Source: a virus
Taxonomy: Duplodnaviria; Caudoviricetes
Direction: 5' to 3' (one strand)
Length of the DNA: 64,000 nt
IMG/VR virus record: IMGVR_UViG_3300029319_000020
Span: 14,437 to 78,436 of that record
Of this stretch, positions 9,833 through 19,753 are shown piece by piece (the first letter of the stretch is position 1; the number at the start of each line of letters is the position of its first letter). A program made the position numbers and the translations under genes. The notes beneath the pieces are model-generated. The model had not been told where the DNA came from. It searched no databases and saw only the letters and a list, made by a program, of their open reading frames with translations.

Positions 9833-9997
9833 ATGGAAACTGTTTATGAACAGTTCTTTTTATTAAAATATCATAGCGGTTGGTCTTTGATTGAAATGTA
9901 CAACTTGCCTATTGGATTGCGTAACTGGTTTGTTCAAAGGTTAGAAAAACAATTTAAAGATGAAAAAGAAGCTATGGACAAAGCTAGAAGAAAATAA
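9833..9997 (+). CDS. gp51-like small baseplate/tail assembly factor (possible frameshift extension of the upstream gene)
   Basis: Not in ORF track. METVYEQFFLLKYHSGWSLIEMYNLPIGLRNWFVQRLEKQFKDEKEAMDKARRK; no Shine-Dalgarno before the ATG. Confidence 0.7.
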   Translation: METVYEQFFLLKYHSGWSLIEMYNLPIGLRNWFVQRLEKQFKDEKEAMDKARRK

Positions 9998-10022
9998 CAG
10001 CTTCTAGCTTTTTGTTTTTAAA

Positions 10023-10031
10023 ACTATTTAT
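10023..10031 (+). promoter_or_regulatory. Putative late-promoter motif ACTATTTAT
   Basis: Upstream of 10049 and the tape measure gene. Confidence 0.6.
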
Positions 10032-10048
10032 TTCACGAGGACTACGCT

Positions 10049-10429
10049 ATGGTTATTGATCTAACAAAGAAAAAACTATTAACCGAATCTTGGTTAAAAA
10101 TGTTTGGAGAATGGAACAAAGAGTTTCTTAAGTATGTTTATGGCAAAGATGTTAAAATGCAAGCACAACTTGGTGCTCACAACATACTTGGTAAACTAAT
10201 GGAAGAGGAAGATGATGGACAAAAATTAAAGTTTGTTATTCGTGGAGAACAACAAGATGTTGAAGCTTATGCAAAAGCTATATTTGCTGAAAAAGAATAT
10301 TTGGATCATTTTATTCGATACGGAAAAGATCATCCCCAATCACACAAATCAAAAGAAAAGTTAGATCATGCGGTAGATCACTTTGAACAAACAACTGGCA
10401 TTACTTGGCCATTTAAAGACGAGGCATAA
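10049..10429 (+). CDS. Hypothetical late protein
   Basis: GAGG RBS; N-terminal DLTKKKLLTE resembles the shared tag. Confidence 0.65.
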   Translation: MVIDLTKKKLLTESWLKMFGEWNKEFLKYVYGKDVKMQAQLGAHNILGKLMEEEDDGQKLKFVIRGEQQDVEAYAKAIFAEKEYLDHFIRYGKDHPQSHKSKEKLDHAVDHFEQTTGITWPFKDEA

Positions 10430-10433
10430 ATGA

Positions 10434-13187
10434 ATGGCAGACGGAAAGATATCAGTTGAAGAACTAGTCAAGCTTGTAGAAGAGAACAGTGACAACAAAA
10501 AGCTAAAAGACGCTATGAAAAAACTTGGTGTTATGAAAGGTGCTAAGTTGGATCTTGGAATCGATACAGGTGATCTTGAAAAAATGAGACAATCAACTGA
10601 ATATTTGCGACTTCAGGCTGATTATTTAGCACAGATTGGAGACAGAGAGGCTCTTCGTGAACAAGTTGCTGAGAATTTAAAAAATCTACAAGAAGAATAC
10701 GACAAACTCGCTCTTGTAGATGAAACTAGTCCTGTTCTTGAAGAGCTTAAAGCTTTGCAAGAAGAAGCTATAGAACAAGCAAAAGATCTTGGTTTTGCTA
10801 TTGACGAGACTGGTAAAAAAATAATGGAATTATCTCCTGCTGCAAAACAAGCTGCAAAAGAAGTTACACCTGCTTTTCAAAGGTTGGCAAGAAATATGGG
10901 TATGGCTTCAAACAAACAAGAAACAATGACAGCTAGTATGATCAGAGGATTTACTATGCTAAGATCAAAAGACGGTTTAAAAGGAGTTTTTGAATCGTTT
11001 ACTTCTGTATTTGGTGCTATAAGCATAGCAGAATCTATAGTCCTTAAGTTTGTTGAGTCAACCATAGCTATGGTTAAGCAGTTTGATAAAGCAAGAACCA
11101 GTTTTGCTGCTGCTACAGGAGCTGCTGATAAATATACCGGTGCTCTTTTGCAAGCCCAACAGCAAGGAAATATGCTTGGAGTAACTTTTGACAACGCGGG
11201 TAACGCTATAAAAGGAATGTTTGAAAACTTTGTTGGTTTTGTTGATATGTCAGAATCAGCCCAAGCAGCTTTAGTACAAGATGCTGCTCTTTTTGAAAGA
11301 ATCGGTGTTAACGCTCAAACATCAGGAAAGATGCTTACAACTTTCACAAGAAACTTGGATATGTCAGCATCAGGTGCTATGCACATGACCAAAGCTTTAT
11401 CTCAAATGGGAGATGAAATAGGTGTTTCTGCACAAAAAATGATGTCTGACTTTGAAACAGCATTTAAATCTTTAGCAGTATACGGAGATCAGTCCATAGA
11501 GGTCTTTCAAGGGCTTGCTGCGGCCGCTAAAGCTGCTGGTGTAGAGGTTGCTACCCTAACATCAATAGCGGGCAAATTTGATACATTTGCGGGCGCTGCT
11601 GAGTCTGTTGGAAAACTAAATGCTTTACTTGGATCTCAAATATCTTCAACAGAAATGTTAATGATGACAGAGGATCAAAGAATTGAAACTCTTATACAAC
11701 AAGTCCAACTAAGTGGAACTAATTTTAAAGATATGAACAAGTTCCAACAAATGGCTATAGCAAACGCTGCTGGTATTCAAGACATGGCTGAGGCTCAAAG
11801 AATTTTTGGTATGTCTTTTAACGAATACGGAAAGTACAAAGACAGAATGCAAGCTCAAAGTAGCGTTCAAGAAAATTATGCTAAAGCTATAGAAGCTACT
11901 TTAGGTTTTCAAGAAAAGTTTTCTATTTTTATGAGAGAGATGGCTGTTTTTGTAGAGCCTTTATCAGAAGCATTTGGTATGCTTTTAGATGGATTTTTAG
12001 CTTTTGCTAAACTCGGTGATGGTGTTGTTCTGGCGACACTTGGAATAGTTTCAGTTTTAACTTTAGCTTATTTTGCTGTGTCAGCTCTTACTGGTGGTTA
12101 TAAAACAATGATGGCAGTTAAAGAAGTAGCACAAGTTTTACAAAAGGAAGAAATCCTTCAAAAACAACTAGCAAATCAACAAGATATTGTTAAAAACACA
12201 CAACTTATAGCAAACAATTCGCAAAAAGCCATACAAAACGGTTTAGACGCAACAAACAATGCACAAAAAACCGTAGAAAATGGACTTACTGCTACAGGTA
12301 ATGCACAAAAAGAAATAGAAATTGGCGTAAGAACAGGAACAAACAGAATCAAACAACAAGAAATAGTAACAAATCAAGGTCTTGCAGGAACACAAACAGA
12401 AGTTGGAGTAACTTCTCGTTTTGCAGCCAAAGGTTTGGTGCAAATGGGAGCCGCTGTGGCACTTATTGGTGCTGGTATTGCGGCGGCTGCCTTTGGTCTT
12501 TCTTACTTTGTTGAAGCTTTTAATGGCTTAAGCGTGGCACAACTAGTAGCAGTGACAGTGGCTTTAGCAGGTTTTGCAGCAACAGTGTTTGGTATAGTAG
12601 GGATCATGGCTATTTTAGTCGCAACAGGTGTAGCAGAAGCAGCCGCACTAGGATTGATAGGAATAGGAGCTGGTATTGCATTAATAGGCCTAGGTGTTGG
12701 TTTAGCAGGAGCTGGTATTGGCTATATGGCTAAAGGCATTGCTGAGTTAGCTGATAAAGGAGCAATAGCTATTGGTGTTTTGGCTGGATTGGCTGCTGCA
12801 ATGGCAGTACTTGCAGCTAGTACTTTATTGTCTGGTTTTGGTTTTATAGGTGGAGGTAGTTTGCTACAAAGCTTAAAAGATGATTTAGAAGAAATAGGTA
12901 CTCTATTAAAGGGAGATGATATACTACAAGACGGTTTAGAAAACATGGCTCTTGTTGTAACAGGAAGATCAGCTAAAGTAACCACAGAAGGTGCAACAGA
13001 GGCAATAACTCAATTAAAAACAGCTTTCTCTGGGCTTATGGAACAAAAAGTTACAATATCACTAGATATTAAAGACAACGCCTTAGCTGATATGGTTGAA
13101 AACGTAGTTATAAATGGTATGGATTCAACCAAAAATGGTGCAATTTACAAAGCAACTGTTAAAGCAGTTGGTGGTGTAGGAGGATAA
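10434..13187 (+). CDS. Tail tape measure protein
   Basis: 917 aa, Ala/Gly-rich helical sequence with hydrophobic C-terminal repeats; lies between the chaperone pair and the baseplate genes. Confidence 0.85.
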   Translation: MADGKISVEELVKLVEENSDNKKLKDAMKKLGVMKGAKLDLGIDTGDLEKMRQSTEYLRLQADYLAQIGDREALREQVAENLKNLQEEYDKLALVDETSPVLEELKALQEEAIEQAKDLGFAIDETGKKIMELSPAAKQAAKEVTPAFQRLARNMGMASNKQETMTASMIRGFTMLRSKDGLKGVFESFTSVFGAISIAESIVLKFVESTIAMVKQFDKARTSFAAATGAADKYTGALLQAQQQGNMLGVTFDNAGNAIKGMFENFVGFVDMSESAQAALVQDAALFERIGVNAQTSGKMLTTFTRNLDMSASGAMHMTKALSQMGDEIGVSAQKMMSDFETAFKSLAVYGDQSIEVFQGLAAAAKAAGVEVATLTSIAGKFDTFAGAAESVGKLNALLGSQISSTEMLMMTEDQRIETLIQQVQLSGTNFKDMNKFQQMAIANAAGIQDMAEAQRIFGMSFNEYGKYKDRMQAQSSVQENYAKAIEATLGFQEKFSIFMREMAVFVEPLSEAFGMLLDGFLAFAKLGDGVVLATLGIVSVLTLAYFAVSALTGGYKTMMAVKEVAQVLQKEEILQKQLANQQDIVKNTQLIANNSQKAIQNGLDATNNAQKTVENGLTATGNAQKEIEIGVRTGTNRIKQQEIVTNQGLAGTQTEVGVTSRFAAKGLVQMGAAVALIGAGIAAAAFGLSYFVEAFNGLSVAQLVAVTVALAGFAATVFGIVGIMAILVATGVAEAAALGLIGIGAGIALIGLGVGLAGAGIGYMAKGIAELADKGAIAIGVLAGLAAAMAVLAASTLLSGFGFIGGGSLLQSLKDDLEEIGTLLKGDDILQDGLENMALVVTGRSAKVTTEGATEAITQLKTAFSGLMEQKVTISLDIKDNALADMVENVVINGMDSTKNGAIYKATVKAVGGVGG

Positions 13188-13190
13188 TAA

Positions 13191-14048
13191 ATGGCTTTTC
13201 CAAGTGTTAATATATCAAGTACCAGTGACTTATCAACAACAATAACTAATATACAAACAGGTCCTTTGCAGTTCAAAAGCATGATTACAGGACACAAAGT
13301 ACAATTCAAAGCATTTATAGAGTCTTTATCCAACTCTTTTAAATCAACATGGAACACAGAAAACGTTTACGGAAGGATGGATCCGGTAGCAACGTTTCAG
13401 AATACCCAAAGAACTATAGCTATCTCTTGGGTTATTCCTGCTGCTAATATATCAGAAGCTCAGCATAACTTAAACGCTATTGCATCCTTAAGTTCTATGT
13501 TATATCCTGGTTACAGTTCTAATCCTGTTACTGTTGATAATAACACCTTCACAACAGCTAATTCTATTTCAAGATCTCCTTTGATAAAAATGAAGTTTGC
13601 TAACTTAATAAACGCAGCAGGTGAATCTGGTGAAGGATCAGATGGTCTATTGGGGTACGTTGATGGTTTTGATCATCAAATAGAGGTTAGTATGGGATTT
13701 TTTATTAATAACAAAAAGATGTATCCAAAAGTCATAAAATTAAGTTGCAACTTTACTGTTCTTCACCAACATGATCTTGGGTTTGATAACGACAACGATT
13801 GGATTTCTGGTAATGATAGTAGCTGGATTTATGATAATGATCAAAAACTAGAAGGACCAACACCTGAAGTTGCTGGAGACACACCAGATTCTCAAGATCA
13901 AGATACAACAAACGCTGCTAACCAAAAAAATCAAGAAAAAATACAAGAAGCAGAGAGAAAACTTGACGAATGTATTGCGCAAAATGGAAGTACATCTGAA
14001 AAATGCATAGACTTATTCCTCGAACTTGAGGCCTTAAAAAGTGAGTAA
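13191..14048 (+). CDS. Baseplate/tail tube initiator-like protein
   Basis: FKAFIESLSNSF...W....YGRMDP...F..T.R pattern; follows the tape measure gene. Confidence 0.6.
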   Translation: MAFPSVNISSTSDLSTTITNIQTGPLQFKSMITGHKVQFKAFIESLSNSFKSTWNTENVYGRMDPVATFQNTQRTIAISWVIPAANISEAQHNLNAIASLSSMLYPGYSSNPVTVDNNTFTTANSISRSPLIKMKFANLINAAGESGEGSDGLLGYVDGFDHQIEVSMGFFINNKKMYPKVIKLSCNFTVLHQHDLGFDNDNDWISGNDSSWIYDNDQKLEGPTPEVAGDTPDSQDQDTTNAANQKNQEKIQEAERKLDECIAQNGSTSEKCIDLFLELEALKSE

Positions 14049-14053
14049 CAACA

Positions 14054-14386
14054 ATGAGTAGATATAAAAGAAGAAAAATAGTTTTTAACGATGTATACAA
14101 AGAAGAAGAGATCTTTGATAAGAGAGGTGTGGAAAAAATAGACCAGTTTACAACTCCAAAGTTTAAGAACCCTCCAGAAAAGTTGGTTGATAGTATTGAT
14201 TATTTTCTGTACAACTTCAAACAAGGGGATCGTTTTTTTAAATTGGCACAAAGGTTTTTTAATGATCCAAACTTGTGGTACTTAATAGCTTTACTTAACA
14301 GAAAACCAACGGAGGCACACGTAAAGCCGGGCGAAAAATTAAAAATTCCAACAAACATCGCCCAAGCAATTGAGGTACTAGGATGA
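14054..14386 (+). CDS. LysM-like baseplate wedge protein (gp53/gpX-like)
   Basis: Y.FKQGDRFFKLAQRFFNDPNLWYLIALLN...G..LKIP. Confidence 0.75.
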   Translation: MSRYKRRKIVFNDVYKEEEIFDKRGVEKIDQFTTPKFKNPPEKLVDSIDYFLYNFKQGDRFFKLAQRFFNDPNLWYLIALLNRKPTEAHVKPGEKLKIPTNIAQAIEVLG

Positions 14387-17300
14387 GCGAAGAATACTAT
14401 AAAGAATTAGTTGCACATAATAATACAAAAAATAAGTCATCTAGCAGTAAATTAATTTTCGAGAACGATTCACAAGCTGTCTATTTAGAACTTGATCGAG
14501 GTCACACATTCTCGACTTATGATACAAAGTTTTACGTTCTTGATGGAAATGATGGTATACCTGGTGGTAATCAAGATGGTATAGATGTACCAATTGCTCC
14601 TCAATTGAGAAGAATTTTAACTTCAAGACAAGTATTTGCAGCAAGAGGTTTCAAAACATTTAATGCTTTACCACCTCTTGTGCAGTGGATAGTTATAACT
14701 TCAACTTCTTTTAAAGGTGACTTAGACGGAAGTTTAGGGGCTAAAATAGTTGAACTATACAATTCTGTTAGATTTGCTACTGGAATCGATGGAGAAAGAA
14801 TAAATAATGCTGAAAAAGATATTGTTGTTTATAGAATAAAAAGATTGTTCAACATGATGAACAATCAATTTAAACTAGGTACAACTGAAGAAGTACCTTT
14901 AAGTGATGGAGCATTAGAAATCTTTGCTTTATATGACAACATACTGATTGCTTGTGGAGAAGAAGATTCTGGTAAAGCAAATGATTCTTTTAATTCTACA
15001 AAAGAAAACAGACAAAGAATAATACAAAATTCAGTACAATCCAAGGGAAATAATTTCTTACTTAAAAGATTTGGTTCAGCACTTGCTGATACTTTTAGTT
15101 TGGGCTCATTTAGAATAGCTATAAATAAAAATATAAGAGACTATATTGATTGGGGCCTTGCTTTGACTGATGTAGGCCTTGATAATGGCTCTTTTTTAGC
15201 TGATAATATTCTTTTACCGGAAACAGATGGAGACATGGTATATTATATAGATCTTGATGGTGACGAACCAGAGATTTTAGAAGTTGAAAAGAGTAAAGTA
15301 GACGCTGCTTCTGATGAACTTAAAGAAGTTTTAAAAGTTGACAAAGGGCAGAAAAAAGATCCTCAAGGTTTTGGTGGTAGATTTTTAAAATCAACTGATT
15401 TTTACCCAGTTAAATGGCAAGATATTAAAGATGCTGGAGACATATACAACAACGCACTAAGATTTAATGAATTTAAAACTGGTAAGAGTGTTCTATATGA
15501 TATAAATCATAGATACACTGAACCGGCACTTTTTAATCTTGAAAGAATAAATTCAGAAGAGGGCGAAATGCTGAAGTTTGCCAATGAAAATTTACCAAAC
15601 GTAACAATTTACGATAAGCCAGGAAACACACTTCCTTCAGCAGCGACAAGATCATTGGGCGGGGTATATGACCCAACAAAAAGCAAACCAAATATGTTTT
15701 GGGATTTTAACTTTTTTCAATTCAATGATTTTAGTCCTAAAAGTGAAGACTTGGTTGTAGGACATTATTTAAGATTTATGCAAGCAGTAAAAGTTGATAT
15801 TGAAAAAGATAAGGATCTTGACAGTACTTTAGGTTATTATTTTTATTGGGAAGCTCAAGACGCTGCTTTGACTCTTTTACCTTTCTTAGCTAAAGCACGT
15901 CAAGAAATGATTATTTCTAATATCTTGAAACAGTTAAAAGATAAAACTGAAGATGAAATAACAAACATGGACTCTGAACAAGCTCTAGAACAGGCTGAGG
16001 CAGATGCGCAAAAAAACTTAAACGATCTTCCTACTTCTGAAGATGAAGATAAAAAACTATCTCCTGAGGATATAGAAAAAAGACAAAAACTTTATAAGCA
16101 ATGTGCTTTACTTTTAAATGCTCACACTTTAAAAAATGAATATAATGCAATATTAATAGATAGAAAAGACAACGATCCTGTTCATAATAAAAATTTTTTT
16201 AATGGAAGATTTTGGATGGTTGAGGACAAGCCAAACCATAATACAGTACTAAACAAATTAGTAACTCCAACAGGCGAAGCAGCAAAACCTTTTATGGAAA
16301 TCACACCAGACATAATAGCGGCTCTTCAACCTAGATTACGACTACACAAAATTTACAAAACAAAAAACAATAAAATACAAACTCATGAAATTCCTTTTGA
16401 ATCATTTTATCCAAAATCAAGATCCGAGGGTTTATCAAATGGTGCGACTTTTGATAAAGGAGCAGGATATGGCATAAAAGAATTTTCTTTTTCTTTTGAT
16501 GGAGAAACACCAGCCACAGCTCAAAAGTTTATAAAAGCAAAACTGTCTCTTTATTTTCAAACTTTTAATGATTTTATAAAAGAAAGAACTTTAGAACTTC
16601 AAAACGAAAAATATACTTTTCGTTATTTAGATTTATTTGTTAATACTAAATTTTGTCCCAGATCAGGTTTAAACTCCTTTTCTCCTCTTTATTATGATCC
16701 TTCGTTTTATAGGCTTAGAGTTGATGTTGGCTGGGAACCAAGATTTGATAAACAGTTTGCTGAATTATTATCAAAGAGGTATGGAGGTACTGTTGATATT
16801 GCAAAGTTTGCAGATGCTCTTAATAGTACAAATAAAACTTTTTATTTAAACCTATTAGATCACTCTATCAATATAAATGAAGATGGAACAGTAACAATAG
16901 ATGCTGAATATATAGCTTATATGCAAGGAATATTACAATCTAATTCTTTTAACGCCTTAACAACAAAGTATGCCAAACAACAACAAAGAACATATGCTAG
17001 AAAATATGAAGAACTGTTAGGTAGCGAATCATGCACTCCTCGGGAATTAGATGAATTAGCTGCTACTATAAATTCTATAAATGATAAAATTACGCAATCT
17101 TTACACCAAGGAATTATAAAAAGATTAATATTGAACAAAGCTATATATAACGTAAAAATAGACGAGTCAGCTATTAATGATTTTAGAAATACAAGTTTTT
17201 TTAGCAGTATTCCAAAATTAAAAAAATCAAGCACTGTGGCTCAGAACAAAAGTCAAGCAGTTGCTAATACAAAAGATGCAGAAGAGTTAACCAACGTTAT

Positions 17301-18558
17301 ACAATCTACGTTTATACAAGATGAACAATATAGGGAAAATAGAAAAATATATTTTTTCTTTATGGCTGATCTTATTTATATAATTCTAGATTCTCTTTAT
17401 AATGAGGACGGAACACAAGAAGAATCAGCAGAAAATTTAAAACTAATACTAAGCTCTTTTTCTTTTAAAAACCCTTATAAAACAGAGGATATTCACTTAA
17501 ATATTGGTCAAATTCCTATTGATATAGATACTTTTCTTTCTTGGTATGAAAAAGAAATTATAAAAAAAGATATTACAAACATGCCAATCTTAACTTTTAT
17601 AAAAAGGTTGTTGCACTATTTGGTTCAAGATGTTTTTTTAGAAACTTGTATAAACAGACAAGAACATAAAAGGTTAGTTTTCCAAAGTACAAGTTTTCTT
17701 GCAAATGATGATGGAGCTTTTGAGATGGGTGCAGATGAAGAAGAAACAGACATAAATATAACCAACGATCCTATGAACACTGTTGTGGATAATATTCCAG
17801 TTGCAAACCTTTCTACAATCTATGGTGATGGGTATTTACCTTTATCGACTGGTTTTCGATTTAATGGTCCTAAGCCAACTTCAGAGTTTTATAATTATCT
17901 TTTTATATATCCTCATTATAGATCAGCACAACATGTAGGTAGAGGAAATCCTTCTGAAGATGAAAGTAGAGGAGTCCAACATCTTTATATAGGGGCGGAT
18001 AAGGGCTTAACAAAAAAGATTTCTTTTTCAAAATCAGATATTCAGTACATAAGAGAATCTAGAATGATGCAACAAGGATCAAATGGTCTTTTACAGTTGT
18101 CTTCTGTTTATAGGGCTTCTATCTCTATGATAGGTAACACTCTATTTTATCCTGGTATGGAGGTGTATATAAACCCATTTGGGTTTGGAGGTCTTGAGTT
18201 TGGATTACCAAATCAAGGACCGGGAACCGTTCAGGCACCTAATCTTTCTAATATTATGGGTATTGGTGGTTACTATCAAATTTTGAAAGTTAGTTCAAAA
18301 ATATCTCCCGGATCTTTTACAACAGATGTAGACGCACATTTTATATACTCTGGTGATGGTCAACCAGTCAACAGAGATGGTTTAAAAAAAGTTGATTTAT
18401 GTAAAGATATAAAGTCTATAGCTAAAGGTGAAGAAAGCGATGAAGATTGTCGAACTGTTATACTGGAAGCACAAAATGTTGTTTTAAACTCTGATGGAGC
18501 CAGTACTACACCAGCTACTAGTGAAGCAGTAAATGAACAGGAGCCTCAAAGTGAGTGA
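14383..18558 (+). CDS. Large baseplate hub protein (gp27/gpD-like C-terminal region)
   Basis: C-terminal YRASISMIGNTLFYPGMEVYI..GGYYQILKV; position after the LysM-like gene. The N-terminal ~500 aa are unassigned. Confidence 0.55.
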   Translation: MSEEYYKELVAHNNTKNKSSSSKLIFENDSQAVYLELDRGHTFSTYDTKFYVLDGNDGIPGGNQDGIDVPIAPQLRRILTSRQVFAARGFKTFNALPPLVQWIVITSTSFKGDLDGSLGAKIVELYNSVRFATGIDGERINNAEKDIVVYRIKRLFNMMNNQFKLGTTEEVPLSDGALEIFALYDNILIACGEEDSGKANDSFNSTKENRQRIIQNSVQSKGNNFLLKRFGSALADTFSLGSFRIAINKNIRDYIDWGLALTDVGLDNGSFLADNILLPETDGDMVYYIDLDGDEPEILEVEKSKVDAASDELKEVLKVDKGQKKDPQGFGGRFLKSTDFYPVKWQDIKDAGDIYNNALRFNEFKTGKSVLYDINHRYTEPALFNLERINSEEGEMLKFANENLPNVTIYDKPGNTLPSAATRSLGGVYDPTKSKPNMFWDFNFFQFNDFSPKSEDLVVGHYLRFMQAVKVDIEKDKDLDSTLGYYFYWEAQDAALTLLPFLAKARQEMIISNILKQLKDKTEDEITNMDSEQALEQAEADAQKNLNDLPTSEDEDKKLSPEDIEKRQKLYKQCALLLNAHTLKNEYNAILIDRKDNDPVHNKNFFNGRFWMVEDKPNHNTVLNKLVTPTGEAAKPFMEITPDIIAALQPRLRLHKIYKTKNNKIQTHEIPFESFYPKSRSEGLSNGATFDKGAGYGIKEFSFSFDGETPATAQKFIKAKLSLYFQTFNDFIKERTLELQNEKYTFRYLDLFVNTKFCPRSGLNSFSPLYYDPSFYRLRVDVGWEPRFDKQFAELLSKRYGGTVDIAKFADALNSTNKTFYLNLLDHSININEDGTVTIDAEYIAYMQGILQSNSFNALTTKYAKQQQRTYARKYEELLGSESCTPRELDELAATINSINDKITQSLHQGIIKRLILNKAIYNVKIDESAINDFRNTSFFSSIPKLKKSSTVAQNKSQAVANTKDAEELTNVIQSTFIQDEQYRENRKIYFFFMADLIYIILDSLYNEDGTQEESAENLKLILSSFSFKNPYKTEDIHLNIGQIPIDIDTFLSWYEKEIIKKDITNMPILTFIKRLLHYLVQDVFLETCINRQEHKRLVFQSTSFLANDDGAFEMGADEEETDINITNDPMNTVVDNIPVANLSTIYGDGYLPLSTGFRFNGPKPTSEFYNYLFIYPHYRSAQHVGRGNPSEDESRGVQHLYIGADKGLTKKISFSKSDIQYIRESRMMQQGSNGLLQLSSVYRASISMIGNTLFYPGMEVYINPFGFGGLEFGLPNQGPGTVQAPNLSNIMGIGGYYQILKVSSKISPGSFTTDVDAHFIYSGDGQPVNRDGLKKVDLCKDIKSIAKGEESDEDCRTVILEAQNVVLNSDGASTTPATSEAVNEQEPQSE

Positions 18559-19753
18559 TTACAAAGGAAAAAATAAAACTAAATCTACAAGAATTCTTGC
18601 TACTCAAAGAGTTATTTATAAAACAAAATCTTTTAGAGAAGAGTTATCAGATAAACCAAAAAATATAAAAGATTTCAATTTTGTTGAAAGGACTCAGTAT
18701 GGTAGAGTAAATCAAGTGTTTGATACAGTATACCCTAACAAGACAACTCTCAAGACTATTAAGAATCCTGATAAACCTGCAAACTATTATGTTATACAAG
18801 ATTTTGTTGCTGATGCTTTTGAAAGATTTGTAGCAAAAATGAAGCAAGCTGTTACTTTTGGTAACTGTCCCTCTGATCATCCTTATTTATCTGAGATAAA
18901 AGTTTATCATGCTTTTAAAGATCCATATGCTTTATACAACGAATATATGGAAAATTATTTAGATGAGTTTGTCAATTCCATAGATGAAAGATCAATCTTA
19001 TCATTTGATGATTGGGTAAATTCTTTTTTATTTTTCTGTAGAAGAAACGGAGCTAAGTTTCCTACAACTTTTTCAGGATTTCAAAGAACAGATAAGTCAA
19101 ACATATTTACCTCCGGATTAGCAATTTCAATATCAGATTTAAAAGCTGATGACGATACAAAAAAACAAGAATTTTTTCTGGATTATCCTGCTCTTGACTT
19201 TTATATAAACGCAGCAAAGCAGTATGGTTTTTACATAAGCCAAACAACTCCGTGGGTTCTTGTAGCAGATCTAGACTCTCCAGCTTTATCATTATACCTT
19301 CAAAAATACAACTTGTCAACAGTTAATCAAATATTTTCTGAAAATTATTTAAAGTGCTATAAAGAAGATCTAAGATTATTACGATCATTACTAGAAACTT
19401 CTTATGATGAATTTATTATAGCTAATCCTTACAATACAGAATTAGATATATCTTGTAAAAAAACTAAAATTAATATTAATAATAAAAAAATAATAAATAA
19501 TAAATATAATAATAAATATTATATAAATATTATAATAGAATTATATAATATAGAACAATACAATATACTAACTCCAGCTGATATACAAAGAATAAAAGAA
19601 AAAGCAATTTTTTTTGAAAAAAAACTTGACATTTCCAAGTCAATAGATTATATTAATAGTCAGTTCAATCAACTAGTTCTAGCAAGACCTGGTGGAATGA
19701 ATGATCTAATATCTAGACAACGACGGAGGAACAGTGATATTTCAAATAATTGA
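18533..19753 (+). CDS. Hypothetical protein at the late/early boundary
   Basis: 406-aa intact ORF; no family recognised. Confidence 0.6.
   Translation: MNRSLKVSDYKGKNKTKSTRILATQRVIYKTKSFREELSDKPKNIKDFNFVERTQYGRVNQVFDTVYPNKTTLKTIKNPDKPANYYVIQDFVADAFERFVAKMKQAVTFGNCPSDHPYLSEIKVYHAFKDPYALYNEYMENYLDEFVNSIDERSILSFDDWVNSFLFFCRRNGAKFPTTFSGFQRTDKSNIFTSGLAISISDLKADDDTKKQEFFLDYPALDFYINAAKQYGFYISQTTPWVLVADLDSPALSLYLQKYNLSTVNQIFSENYLKCYKEDLRLLRSLLETSYDEFIIANPYNTELDISCKKTKININNKKIINNKYNNKYYINIIIELYNIEQYNILTPADIQRIKEKAIFFEKKLDISKSIDYINSQFNQLVLARPGGMNDLISRQRRRNSDISNN
19626..19654 (+). promoter_or_regulatory. sigma70-like promoter (intragenic), upstream of the polA-like gene
   Basis: TTGACA-N17-TATATT. Confidence 0.65.
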
